Positions 1 to 8,771 of a stretch of DNA of 64,000 bases are shown piece after piece. This DNA comes from an uncultured delta proteobacterium (lineage in GTDB: Bacteria > Desulfobacterota > Syntrophia > Syntrophales > UBA2192), in NCBI GenBank assembly GCA_963705165.1, contig CAVPJD010000008.1:96001-160000 (forward strand), in the 5' to 3' direction. Made by a program: the position numbers and the translations under genes. The notes under the pieces were generated by a model that did not search any database, was not told the origin of the DNA, and worked only from the letters and a program-made list of their open reading frames with translations. Numbering within the stretch: position 1 is the stretch's first letter; every line of letters begins with the position of its first letter.

Positions 1-1
1 A

Positions 2-175
2 GTATGCGTGGCCGTACTAGTGGGTTGCCAGGTTTTGAAAGATATACGGCAAATAAGCGAAGAAGGCAAAGACGTTTTCGTTTTTAGACCTAAAAGGATG
101 TGTAAAGAATCAAGAACACATAACAATGCGCTCCTGCCGACGTCAGCTCTAACGCGCCGCCGCGGCAGAGCTTAG
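2..175 (+). CDS. 3' end of a probable integron gene-cassette ORF (partial, unknown function)
   Basis: Frame 2 is open from the window edge to TAG at 173-175 (VCVAVLVGCQVLKDIRQISEEGKDVFVFRPKRMCKESRTHNNALLPTSALTRRRGRA). It is AT-rich and runs into the attC; the true frame is uncertain. Confidence 0.4.
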   Translation, partial: VCVAVLVGCQVLKDIRQISEEGKDVFVFRPKRMCKESRTHNNALLPTSALTRRRGRA

Positions 176-184
176 TCGTTGAGC
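118..184 (+). mobile_element. attC: Integron attC recombination site
   Basis: R'' ACATAAC (118-124) and R' GTTGAGC (178-184). GCTC-C-TGCCG-A-CG pairs with CG-CGGCA-GAGC, leaving two extrahelical bases. Length 67 bp. Confidence 0.85.
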
Positions 185-325
185 AAACATTTCAAACACA
201 AATACTCAATATATTTTATTCATCACAAGTGGGTAGTTGTAGGTGCTATACGTAACAAAGTCTGTTTTTCTCACGGATTCTGGTTTGTTAAGTCCTGTTT
301 ACCATCTCATCCTTTTTCCTGTTCA

Positions 326-1204
326 TCAAGTGCTGTCTATGTTTTGTCTCATGATCGCCTCCATGGCCTTGAAGTAATCCCGCTGCACTTTCAGGTTTGA
401 CACCCTGCAGTAGCGTTGCGTGGTTTTGACGTTGCTGTGCCCGAGGAGGTCCTGGATCGTGCACAGGTCGGCATCGGCATTGAGCAGCTGCGTGGCCATT
501 GTGTGGCGCAGCTGATGACAGGAGACGCGAAGCTTCGTCTTGCGGCCATAGTGCTCCATGCGCTTCTGAATGCCGCGAATCGAGATCGGCTGGCCCGTGC
601 AAGGGCCCTTCTCCACGAGAAAGATCCGACGAGTTCGCGATGAGGGCCGCACCCGAAGATAGGCCACAAGCGCCTGGCAGGCATCCTGACTCAAATACAC
701 GATGCGGTCCTTTCCGCCTTTGCCGTCCTCGATCAGAAGCTTCCGGTGTTTGTAGTCCACAGCCCCGAGCGTCAACTGGGCGACCTCCTCGACCCGCAGC
801 CCGCAGCGAACCATCAGCATGAACATGGCCCGGTCGCGCGGTCGAGTGATGATCTGGAAGAAGCTCTCGACCTGCTCGTCCTTCAGGTGCCGGGGCAGCG
901 GCCGCGACATCTTCAGGGCATGCGTGTTTTTCACCGGGTTTGCGATGTCCAGGACGCCCTCGTCCCGCAGAAAGTGATAGAACTGCCGGATGACGTTGAG
1001 CTGGCAGTTGATGCTCTTGGGCTTCAGGCGCCGCCTCATCAGCTCGTCGATGTAGTGCGAGACCTTGGAGTGCGTGACGTGCTCGATCGGCACATCGAGC
1101 CACAGCACAAAGCTTCTGATCGCGCACAGGTAGTTCTTAACCGTGTTGGGCGAGCAGTTGCGCCTCTTCAGATAGCGCCGCCAGTGGATGATCGCATCCG
1201 TCAT
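326..1204 (-). CDS. Tyrosine recombinase (XerC/D-like), 292 aa
   Basis: SPNTVKNY N-terminal SAM-like domain; RCGLRVEE, GKGGKDR, HQLRH, LLGH and TQRY motifs; RBS GAGGGG. Confidence 0.95.
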   Translation of the reverse strand: MTDAIIHWRRYLKRRNCSPNTVKNYLCAIRSFVLWLDVPIEHVTHSKVSHYIDELMRRRLKPKSINCQLNVIRQFYHFLRDEGVLDIANPVKNTHALKMSRPLPRHLKDEQVESFFQIITRPRDRAMFMLMVRCGLRVEEVAQLTLGAVDYKHRKLLIEDGKGGKDRIVYLSQDACQALVAYLRVRPSSRTRRIFLVEKGPCTGQPISIRGIQKRMEHYGRKTKLRVSCHQLRHTMATQLLNADADLCTIQDLLGHSNVKTTQRYCRVSNLKVQRDYFKAMEAIMRQNIDST

Positions 1205-2267
1205 CGTCGTTTCCCCTCTCGATTACAGACATGGCCCTGAAGTACTCTTCCTCCCGTGTCTTATCCGTAAGGCAGGCATATCGCCGCGTCTCCTCGATGC
1301 TTCGATGACCCAGGAGCACCTGCAGGCACTCCAGGCGCATCCCGGCATTGAGAAGCTCCGTCGCAAAGGTGTGTCGAAGCGTGTGGACCGTATAGCCCCG
1401 ATCTGCAAGCCCCGCCTTCCCGAGATAGCCGGCAAACCGGGCCCGGGCCGTGCTGTAGCTCATCCGGCCATCCTCACTACGTCCATAGAACAGGTACTCC
1501 TTCAAGACGTTTCGTTTGCTCATCCAGATCCCCAACGCCGAAAGCGCATCCTCGCTCAGGTACACCACACGGCCCAGCCGGTTCTTCTCCGCCTCGTAGA
1601 TCTCGATGCGGCGCTCCCGGACGTTGACGTCTGTCACCCTGGTGTGCAGAAGCTCGCCAATCCGCAGGCCCGTCCGAAGCAGGACCAGGATCATCGTCCG
1701 GTCCTCGGGATTATCAATGACTGAAAGCAGCTTGGCCGTATCCTCGGGCGCCATCGCCCGCGGCAGCCGCTCGGGCAGCTTCAGCTGGATCCTTCGCACG
1801 AAGATCTCCGGGGAGACGACCTTCTCCTCGGCCAGGTACCGCAGGAACGCGCACACACAGACGAGCCGCGTCCGGATCGTCGTGATCTTGATCCCCCGGT
1901 CCTGTTCCCGCTCGACGAACGCCTCCACGTCAGCGCGGCTGATGCCAGCCAACTCGTGCCGGCCCGCATCCTTGAGCATGCACAGAAACAGCATGTTGGA
2001 TTGCCACAGGCTGCAGAGCGTACGGGGCCTGCGGTTCCGGCGGGTGACATGGCGGAGAAATGCTTCGAACTGATCGGCTCCGGGCAGGCCCATCCTGCCG
2101 AGCCGGTTCAGAATCCGCTGAAGCGTCTTCAGGACGTTGCTCGATTCGGTATGGTGACTTGGATAAGAAGGGACGATCCGAGGTGGGCTGTTCTCGATTG
2201 GATCGACAGAAAAGAACCCATCGGACAAAAGCGAAGCCTGATTGAGGCTGAACTCAGAAACGTGCAT
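1137..2267 (-). CDS. Tyrosine recombinase, 376 aa, overlapping the downstream recombinase by 68 bp
   Basis: RTGLRIGE, EKNRLGR, HTLRH, LLGH and TRRY motifs; AAGGAGG RBS upstream of the ATG at 2267. Confidence 0.93.
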   Translation of the reverse strand: MHVSEFSLNQASLLSDGFFSVDPIENSPPRIVPSYPSHHTESSNVLKTLQRILNRLGRMGLPGADQFEAFLRHVTRRNRRPRTLCSLWQSNMLFLCMLKDAGRHELAGISRADVEAFVEREQDRGIKITTIRTRLVCVCAFLRYLAEEKVVSPEIFVRRIQLKLPERLPRAMAPEDTAKLLSVIDNPEDRTMILVLLRTGLRIGELLHTRVTDVNVRERRIEIYEAEKNRLGRVVYLSEDALSALGIWMSKRNVLKEYLFYGRSEDGRMSYSTARARFAGYLGKAGLADRGYTVHTLRHTFATELLNAGMRLECLQVLLGHRSIEETRRYACLTDKTREEEYFRAMSVIERGNDDDGCDHPLAALSEEAQLLAQHG

Positions 2268-2444
2268 CTCTGCCTCCTTTTTCTGTGAATCCACAAGAAA
2301 AACAGGCAGATGATGGGCCCTGCGCCAATCAGCTGTCAATCAGTGTTTTGTTACGTATAGGTAGGTGAAAGAGATTTGCGGGCCAGGTGATCTCTGCAGG
2401 TCTAGAGCATCGGACTAAACGAATTTCGATTTCACAGTTACGTG

Positions 2445-2506
2445 GTCCAATAAAAAGCCCCCATCCCGTCGCTTTTCCGGAATGGGGGCTTTTTTATTGG
2501 AGGACC
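2445..2506. terminator. Bidirectional intrinsic terminator
   Basis: CCAATAAAAAGCCCCCAT...ATGGGGGCTTTTTTATTGG inverted repeat. Confidence 0.75.
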
Positions 2507-2519
2507 TGTTGGGTCTGGT

Positions 2520-2870
2520 CTATCTCATGTCCGCTCTTGATGGTTGGCAGATCGGTTCCTGACGACGGCCAAAGGAGATCCCCGTCTTGCTCAGAGCCCT
2601 AAGCGCCTTCCTCTCGTTCTCGGGGATGAGCCCGGCCTTCAGCCTCTCTTTCCCCTCGAAGACCTTCTGCCAGAGCCTGCCGATGGTCAGCATGATGGCC
2701 AGGAAGAACAGTCCGAACATAAAGTAAGGTTCGGTCCGGAGCTGCTCGTCGATCAAAAGCCCGACCCAGAAGAAGAAAAGAGAGCCGGCAACGATCACGA
2801 ACCCCCAGGCGCTGTAAGCCAGGATGTCGAAGAGGATGCTTCCCTTGTATGCTTTGATTCCAGTTCTCAT
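2520..2870 (-). CDS. AtpZ/AtpI-like small membrane protein
   Basis: Two TM helices with a G-x-x-I-D...T-x-P-x-F pattern. Confidence 0.6.
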   Translation of the reverse strand: MRTGIKAYKGSILFDILAYSAWGFVIVAGSLFFFWVGLLIDEQLRTEPYFMFGLFFLAIMLTIGRLWQKVFEGKERLKAGLIPENERKALRALSKTGISFGRRQEPICQPSRADMR

Positions 2871-2920
2871 GGGGTAGTCATGGAGCCGGGCGGATCCGGC
2901 CCCTTCCTTTCACGTTCGGG

Positions 2921-3196
2921 TTAGCCGATCAGATTCTTTACGGCCTCGGCCACGGGGCTCGTGAACAGAGCCACCAGCACCGCGTACATCGCGAAGCTGC
3001 CCATCGCCTCGCTCAGGTAGAGCTTCTCGTACTTCTGCTTCAGGGAAACGATCGTCATGCCGCCCACAATCAGGGCCCCCAGGTGGAAGTAGGGGAAGTT
3101 CCCGACGCCGGCTGCGGCGTACTCGGCAAAGCTGAAGGTTGCGGTGATCAGAACAACGGCTGCAGTAAGAATCAGGGTGGAAAGCGTCTTTTTCAT
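2921..3196 (-). CDS. Hypothetical membrane protein
   Basis: GAGGAGG RBS, signal-like N-terminus, two further hydrophobic segments. Confidence 0.75.
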   Translation of the reverse strand: MKKTLSTLILTAAVVLITATFSFAEYAAAGVGNFPYFHLGALIVGGMTIVSLKQKYEKLYLSEAMGSFAMYAVLVALFTSPVAEAVKNLIG

Positions 3197-3526
3197 GGTC
3201 AGGTCCTCCTCGGTGTCATTGTTTCTTGCCCAGATAGTATAGAAAGGAGCGTGCCAAGACGGGGAGAAAGAAAAAGATAGTTTGCAACGATAAGATATGA
3301 AATGGGAAATGACGCTTCAGGGACTTGCCGGGCGCTCCCTCCGAAGCCCTCGAAAGGCCTCTTCTTGAAAGAAACGTTCAACCGGGTGTGAATGAAACGA
3401 TCAAAAAGAAAAGAGTCAGGGACAAAGGGAAAGGGGGAAGCCCTGGAATAGGTTCACCCCGATTGGCAGAACATGATCCCTTTGGAGATACTGAGAAGAA
3501 AAACGAGAACATTGCCCAGGATGAAA

Positions 3527-4765
3527 TTAGCGCGATGCCGTCTCGAAGCGCATCGGCGGGGCCGAGGCGAGCTGGCCTGCGAGCCCTTCCCGGGCGGTCC
3601 TGTACGAGGCGATGAGCGCCTCCGGCACGGGCTGGCCTGCGGGAATCTCGACCTTGCGCGGGTTGACTGGCCGGTCGTTCACGCGCATCTCGAAGTGCAG
3701 GTGCGCCCCCGTGGACATGCCCGTGGAGCCCACATACCCGATGAGCTGCCCCTGGGTCACGCTCGACCCTTTCCTCACCCCCCTGGCAAACCCCGAGAGG
3801 TGTCCGTAGGAGGTTTTGTAGCCGTTGGGGTGGCGGATGACGACGAGTTTGCCATAGCCGCCCTGGTGACCTGCCGCCAAAACCTGCCCGTTGCCGATGG
3901 CCGAGACGGGCGTCCCCTTCGGCGCGACGTAGTCCGTGCCGTTGTGGGCCCTGCGGATCTTGAGGACGGGGTGGAGACGCGACTTCGAGAAGCCGGAGCT
4001 GATGCGCCGGAAGCTCAGCGGGGCCTTGAGGAAAGCCTTGCGGAGCGAGCGGCCCTCGGCGTCGTAGTAGTCAGCCCGGCCGTCGACCTCGAAGCGGTAC
4101 GCGCGGGAGAGCACGCCGTCGTTGACGAATTCCGCGGCGAGGATGTTGCCGTACTTTTTGAACTCGCCGTCTCGGTAGAGGCCTTCGACGAGCATTCGGA
4201 ACGTATCGCCTTTGCGCAGCGCCGTCGTGAAGTCGATGTCCCAGGCGAAGATGTCCGATAGGTTCAACGCAAGGAGCAGGTTCTGCTGCCCGCCGCCCAT
4301 GGAGGCGATCAGGTTGTCCTCGATGGCGCCCTCGAGGCAAAGAATTTTCTTCTCGTACTCGAGGTTGAGCTTCTCGGCCTGATAGCCCTGCCCTGCGCGG
4401 GTGACGCGCACGAGAGAGTCGTCGTTGACCCAGTAGACAAAGGCGTGCAGGCGCTTTTCGGGGTCGACGTGGATCTCGTAGGGCTGCCCGGACCGGAACT
4501 CCCGGGCGCTGTGTACGCCGGCAAGGGCTTCCTTTACGTGGAAAAGCTCCCGGGGGTCAAAGCCGTGGCGCTTGAAGATCTCGTAGAGCGACTGGCCCTT
4601 CTCGACGATCCCGGTGATCCGGGAAAGGGGGGGCGGCTCGGCCTTTGCTGACGGACCTGCGGGGTTCGGGTCGGGAGAGTTGCCGAGGAAAAGAAGGGCT
4701 GCAAACAGGGCAATCCCTGCAAGGACGAGGAGGGCTGGGCCGAGAGCTTTTTTCGCCGGTATCAC
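3527..4765 (-). CDS. M23 family peptidoglycan DD-metalloendopeptidase
   Basis: N-terminal TM; HNGTDY (HxxxD) and STGAHLHFE motifs. GTG start at 4765 is tentative. Confidence 0.92.
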   Translation of the reverse strand: MIPAKKALGPALLVLAGIALFAALLFLGNSPDPNPAGPSAKAEPPPLSRITGIVEKGQSLYEIFKRHGFDPRELFHVKEALAGVHSAREFRSGQPYEIHVDPEKRLHAFVYWVNDDSLVRVTRAGQGYQAEKLNLEYEKKILCLEGAIEDNLIASMGGGQQNLLLALNLSDIFAWDIDFTTALRKGDTFRMLVEGLYRDGEFKKYGNILAAEFVNDGVLSRAYRFEVDGRADYYDAEGRSLRKAFLKAPLSFRRISSGFSKSRLHPVLKIRRAHNGTDYVAPKGTPVSAIGNGQVLAAGHQGGYGKLVVIRHPNGYKTSYGHLSGFARGVRKGSSVTQGQLIGYVGSTGMSTGAHLHFEMRVNDRPVNPRKVEIPAGQPVPEALIASYRTAREGLAGQLASAPPMRFETASR

Positions 4766-4984
4766 TCGCTGAAAACCCCGCTGCCCCGTTTCGGCGCCGC
4801 AGGCGCGCGCCGGGCACAAAAAAGGCGCCTCTCGTCAATCGGTCTTGGCCATTGTTGCTGGCCATGGCATCTGCTGCCGGGAAAGCGCCTGTCTTTCGGC
4901 GTACCCTAAACGAATTCACTGCGGATTTCAAGCGATTTTCGATGAAGAAGGGGCCGCCCGCACCCGGCAGGCGGCCCCTTGCGG

Positions 4985-5902
4985 TTAGAAGGCATAGACG
5001 AAGTTGAACCAGAACTTGTTGCCCTCGGGCTTGTACTGCGCTTCGAACTCGTACTGCCATTTGAGCGTGAAGATCATGTTCTTGTAGCTGTACTGCGCCT
5101 GGGGACCGATGGCGGCAACCTGTCCCTTGAACCCGTCGGGCGGGGTCACGCCGTTGACTTTGTCGTCGGTTGTCTGGATGTAATAGTAGCCTCCGAGACC
5201 GACGGCCCACTGCTTGCCGATGTGGTACCCGACGGTGTAGTCGAAGTGGAACTCCTGGCCCGACTGGTAATTCGTGTCGCTGTTCTCCGTATTGAAATCG
5301 TACATGAACTTGGCCGAAAGCTCAAAACCCCCGTCGCTCAGGTAGGTCATGGCGAGGACGGGTTCGAAGGTCCAGTAGTTTCGCCCGAGGTTTGCCAGCC
5401 GGTCTTGATCATAGGTTCCCGTGGGAATGTAGATGTCGAGGCCCGTCGTGACGTGGAAATTCGGGAAGTGCCAGCCGAGGATGATCGGGTTGACGATGAT
5501 GTCGCCCAGCCCAAAGCGGTCGTCGTCCCGGCCGCCGAGTGTCACGTCCTGGTAGGCCAGAGGAATAAAGGCATGAACGGCCCAGTTGGCCCCGAGGATC
5601 TTATAGTCGGTCACATGGATGAACCGGAGCACATTGGCCGCCACCTTCAGATTGAAATCGGGGATGAGATCGTTGCCGTTCTTGTCATTGAACTGCGAGG
5701 CCGAATAATAGAGCAAGTAGTTCTTGAAATAGGTCCCCGGCGGCGGCAGCGCCCCCACCATGAAGTCTTCTGCGCCGTTCGGATATGCCCCGCCGCCTCC
5801 CTCGGTGGCGAAGGCCGGCCCTGCGAGGACCGCCGGGCCCATCAGCACGGCTGTCGCAACCAAAACGATGAACACTTTCCTGAATGCCTCCCGCTTCTTC
5901 AT
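4985..5902 (-). CDS. Outer-membrane beta-barrel channel, COG4313/Phenol_MetA_deg (SphA-like) family
   Basis: Signal peptide; YPNGAEDF-GALPPPG, GLGD, PTGTYD, NLGRN and SGQEFH motifs; C-terminal Phe; AAGGAGG RBS. Confidence 0.85.
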   Translation of the reverse strand: MKKREAFRKVFIVLVATAVLMGPAVLAGPAFATEGGGGAYPNGAEDFMVGALPPPGTYFKNYLLYYSASQFNDKNGNDLIPDFNLKVAANVLRFIHVTDYKILGANWAVHAFIPLAYQDVTLGGRDDDRFGLGDIIVNPIILGWHFPNFHVTTGLDIYIPTGTYDQDRLANLGRNYWTFEPVLAMTYLSDGGFELSAKFMYDFNTENSDTNYQSGQEFHFDYTVGYHIGKQWAVGLGGYYYIQTTDDKVNGVTPPDGFKGQVAAIGPQAQYSYKNMIFTLKWQYEFEAQYKPEGNKFWFNFVYAF

Positions 5903-5940
5903 AACCCTTAACTCCTCCTTATGTGGATTTTGCATGAATG

Positions 5941-6022
5941 AAAAAAGGCCACCGGGTGTCCCGCCCCGTGGCCTCTGCAAAATGAAAAAGCCATGGGCGG
6001 CATCTGATCCACCCATGGCTTT
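5941..6022 (-). terminator. Two tandem terminator hairpins in the channel-gene leader (attenuator)
   Basis: Minus strand reads AAAGCCATGGGTGG...CCGCCCATGGCTTTTT, then AGGCCACGGGG...CCCGGTGGCCTTTTTT. Confidence 0.8.
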
Positions 6023-6054
6023 GTTTCCGGCTTGTTACCTTGTGCCTGTGTCCT

Positions 6055-6132
6055 TTACGATGGGCAGACCCCTGCGCTTATGTTGGCCCACCACCACCAA
6101 CCGAAAATGATTTTGTGCGCCTGTCCTGCCAT
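6055..6132 (-). CDS. Trp-rich attenuator leader peptide MAGQAHKIIFGWWWWANISAGVCPS
   Basis: Hand-translated: ATG at 6132, four consecutive TGG codons, TAA at 6057-6055, directly upstream of the terminators. Confidence 0.8.
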   Translation of the reverse strand: MAGQAHKIIFGWWWWANISAGVCPS

Positions 6133-6164
6133 CGTGATTGCTTCCGTTAGAAAAAAGTGCGTTC

Positions 6165-6193
6165 ATGTAAACATGGTTCGGCCGGCTTGTCAA
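6165..6193 (-). promoter_or_regulatory. Sigma70-type promoter for the leader and channel gene
   Basis: TTGACA-17 bp-TTACAT on the minus strand. Confidence 0.6.
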
Positions 6194-6356
6194 GTGTCTT
6201 CTTGAAAGCATCCGGGTTGGTGGCGATTCCACTAAAGAATTTGTCCCCGGCGGCCGAATTATGGTTAAGGTGCATTTCCTGACGGACGGACTGTGCCCCT
6301 GGCCCCCCGAGACGGGACAGGCACCGGCACGAACTTGAACGAAACGAGGCTGACTC

Positions 6357-7367
6357 ATGACGACCTTTACACCCCGCGAAATCAAGAACCGGAAATTCAA
6401 GCAGAGCCTGATGGGAGTCGATGCCGAAGAGGTGAAGAGCTTCCTCAAAATCGTGGCGACGGAGTTCGACAAGATCCTCACCCAGAATGCCCAGCTGGAG
6501 AAGAGGCTCACCGAGCAGACCGTCCGGTCCACCCTCACCACCAAAAAGGAGGCGGAAAAGAACGCCGAAAAGAACAGGCAGTCCATCGAGGATGCGGACA
6601 AGACTGCCGGGGAAGTCATCTCCCGGGCGAAAGAAGAGGGCGATGAAATCCGCCAGAAGGCCGAGCGGGAGGCCACAGAGCTGCGGCGAAAGATCGAGCG
6701 GGAGGCCCAGGAGAAGGCCCGTAGAGAAACGGCCCTGATGCTCTCACAGGCGAAGGTGATGGCCGACGAGATCACCCTCAATGCCAAACAGAAGGCCGAG
6801 AAGATCGAGGCCGAGGCCAGGGCGACAGCCGCCTCGATGACCGCAGCCGCATCGAGAACCGCGCCCGAGTTCGAGCGCCCCCTGTCCGTCTCCGAGAAAC
6901 CCGCAACACCGCCCGAGAGCATAGGCACCGAGGTGGACGACTGGGACATGAAACACGCCGAGGAGGCCCAGAAGAACTTTGACAGGCTCATCAGCGAGGC
7001 CATGGCAAGGGCCGAGTCCATCATCCAGAACACCCGCGCCGAGGCCGAGATGATCACGAGCGGCCTCATCGGAAAGACCCTGAACGAGCTCAACAAGGAG
7101 CATGAGCGTCTGCTCGCCGCCGTGCAGAACGCCGTCCACAAGTCCGAGGAGATCGTCAAGACGGCCCGCCAGGAGGCGGAGCAGTTCGCCCAGCAGCGAA
7201 AATCCGACGCCGTCGAACAGTGCAACGCCGTGCTGCTGGAAGCGGAGCGCAAAGCCGGCGCCATCTTCGACAGCCTCAAGGCCCAGGCGGACTCCAGGAA
7301 AACGAAGTCCGAGGGCGATGGAAAGACGGCGGCCGGCGGCAGAAAGGTCAGTCAGAAATACCAGTGA
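6357..7367 (+). CDS. DivIVA domain protein with long coiled coil
   Basis: TPREIKNRKFKQSLMGVDAEEVKSFL N-terminus; repeated AE-x-II helices. Confidence 0.8.
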   Translation: MTTFTPREIKNRKFKQSLMGVDAEEVKSFLKIVATEFDKILTQNAQLEKRLTEQTVRSTLTTKKEAEKNAEKNRQSIEDADKTAGEVISRAKEEGDEIRQKAEREATELRRKIEREAQEKARRETALMLSQAKVMADEITLNAKQKAEKIEAEARATAASMTAAASRTAPEFERPLSVSEKPATPPESIGTEVDDWDMKHAEEAQKNFDRLISEAMARAESIIQNTRAEAEMITSGLIGKTLNELNKEHERLLAAVQNAVHKSEEIVKTARQEAEQFAQQRKSDAVEQCNAVLLEAERKAGAIFDSLKAQADSRKTKSEGDGKTAAGGRKVSQKYQ

Positions 7368-7556
7368 AGAAATGCCGAAGGGCAGGCCCCCCCTCCTTCC
7401 CCGGCCCTTCAGCAAAAAGCCCCGCCTCTGCGCGGGGCTTTTTGTTCTTCGATCTCCCTGCCGGGCCGCGCGCAGTGGAGCAAATTGCTTTGCATTTGAC
7501 CCGTCTATGTGGAAAACTATCTCCTGTCCGGAATCCCCGGCGAGGAGAGCCATGCC

Positions 7557-8135
7557 ATGAAGAAAGGAAAGAAGGTCCTGGTCCTGCTGGGAAGCCCCAG
7601 GCGAAAGGGCAACAGCGCCATCCTTGCGGAAAAGATCGCCGGGGGCGCGAAGGCTGCCGGTGCGGCCGTTGAGACGGTCTTTCTTCACGCACTCGCCATC
7701 GCCCCCTGCAAGGCCTGCTATGCCTGCCAGAAGCCGAAGAGCAAGGGGTGCTCCATCGACGACGACATGCAGCCCCTCTATCGGAAAATGATCGAGGCCG
7801 ATGCCTGGGTGCTCGCAAGCCCCGTATACTGGTTCACGATGTCCGCCCAGTTGAAGCTCTGGATGGACCGCTGCCTGGCGTTCGGTGCCTACGGGAAGGA
7901 CCCCTTCGAGGGCAAGCGAATCGCCGTGGCCATGACCTACGGCGGCGAGGACCCCTTCGACTCGGGCTGTGTCAACGCCCTGCGGACCTTTCAGGATGCG
8001 TACAACTACGCGGGCGCAACGCTCGTCGGGATGGTCTACGGAAGCGCCATGGAGGCAGGCGATATCAAGGCCAACAAGACCCTGCTGAAAGAGGCAAGGG
8101 CACTGGGAACGAAACTCGTGGATCACAACGATTGA
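7557..8135 (+). CDS. Flavodoxin family / iron-sulfur flavoprotein (NADPH-dependent FMN reductase fold)
   Basis: GSPRRKGNS, CKACYAC...C and SPVYW motifs. Confidence 0.9.
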   Translation: MKKGKKVLVLLGSPRRKGNSAILAEKIAGGAKAAGAAVETVFLHALAIAPCKACYACQKPKSKGCSIDDDMQPLYRKMIEADAWVLASPVYWFTMSAQLKLWMDRCLAFGAYGKDPFEGKRIAVAMTYGGEDPFDSGCVNALRTFQDAYNYAGATLVGMVYGSAMEAGDIKANKTLLKEARALGTKLVDHND

Positions 8136-8149
8136 CGGAGGGATCGGGG

Positions 8150-8725
8150 ATGAGCACGGAGGGTTTTGGCTTCGAGAAATGGTTCGTCGAGACGATGATG
8201 GGCCTGGCCCCCGACCCGGACACGATCCGGGCAGACGGCGCACCCCGTGACATGACGGATATTGCCTCCAACAAGTGCTTTTCGCTGAGCTTCGCCTCGG
8301 GGATGATGCCCGGCCCCTTCGGGATGGCGACGATCCTGCCGGAACTTGCGGCGCTCACGAAGATCCAGATGGATCTCATCTACAAGATCGCCAAGTACCA
8401 CGACAAGCTCGACAAGGTGAACCGCCCGCTCGTTCTCTACGTCTTTGCCTGCGCGCTGGGGGTGACGGCAGGGCGCCTGCTGGTGCAGAAGGTGGGCTCG
8501 CGGATGATCATCAAGGCGCTGAGCACCCAGGCGGCGCAGAAGGTGGCTGCGGCCATCGGCGCGCGGATCGGCTCGAGCTTCCTGCAGCGCAGCGCCGGCC
8601 GCTGGATCTGCGTGGCCACGGCCCCGGTGTTCGCCTGGCTATCCAAGAGGATGACGGAAAAGGTCGGCGAGTACGCAGACGATCTCTTCAGGCAGGACAT
8701 CGAGATCGAGAAGATCGAAGGCTGA
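8150..8725 (+). CDS. Hypothetical protein, EcsC-like
   Basis: Follows the flavodoxin after a short spacer; PGPFGMATILPEL...IQ..LI..IA pattern. Confidence 0.65.
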   Translation: MSTEGFGFEKWFVETMMGLAPDPDTIRADGAPRDMTDIASNKCFSLSFASGMMPGPFGMATILPELAALTKIQMDLIYKIAKYHDKLDKVNRPLVLYVFACALGVTAGRLLVQKVGSRMIIKALSTQAAQKVAAAIGARIGSSFLQRSAGRWICVATAPVFAWLSKRMTEKVGEYADDLFRQDIEIEKIEG

Positions 8726-8771
8726 AGGAGCGGGGCGCCGCTTCGGCCGACCGGAATCGCCGGAGGGAGAC

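Larger units (their letters stand above)
246..2360. mobile_element. Two-tyrosine-recombinase mobile element with 14-bp terminal inverted repeats and 7-bp flanking direct repeat
   Basis: CTATACGTAACAAA (246-259) and TTTGTTACGTATAG (2347-2360). GTAGGTG lies immediately outside both ends (239-245, 2361-2367). The only genes inside are two recombinases. Confidence 0.9.

Noticed and set aside
179..400. 73-aa ORF starting at the attC crossover
   Set aside because: It spans the element boundary, has no RBS, and overlaps the recombinase on the opposite strand.
326..2267. Recombinases as integron integrase IntI or housekeeping XerC/XerD
   Set aside because: No obvious IntI-specific insertion. They lie at the distal end of the attC and are enclosed by their own terminal repeats. 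Housekeeping xerC/xerD are not an overlapping IR-bounded pair.
2368..2445. Possible tRNA or second attC at the right junction of the element
   Set aside because: No cloverleaf or T-loop. The AAC...GTT spacing is too short and has no L boxes.
3241..3256. Sigma54 promoter TGGCACGCTCCTTTCT on the minus strand
   Set aside because: The -24 box is perfect but -12 reads TTTC instead of TTGC. Plausible, but not supported enough to list.
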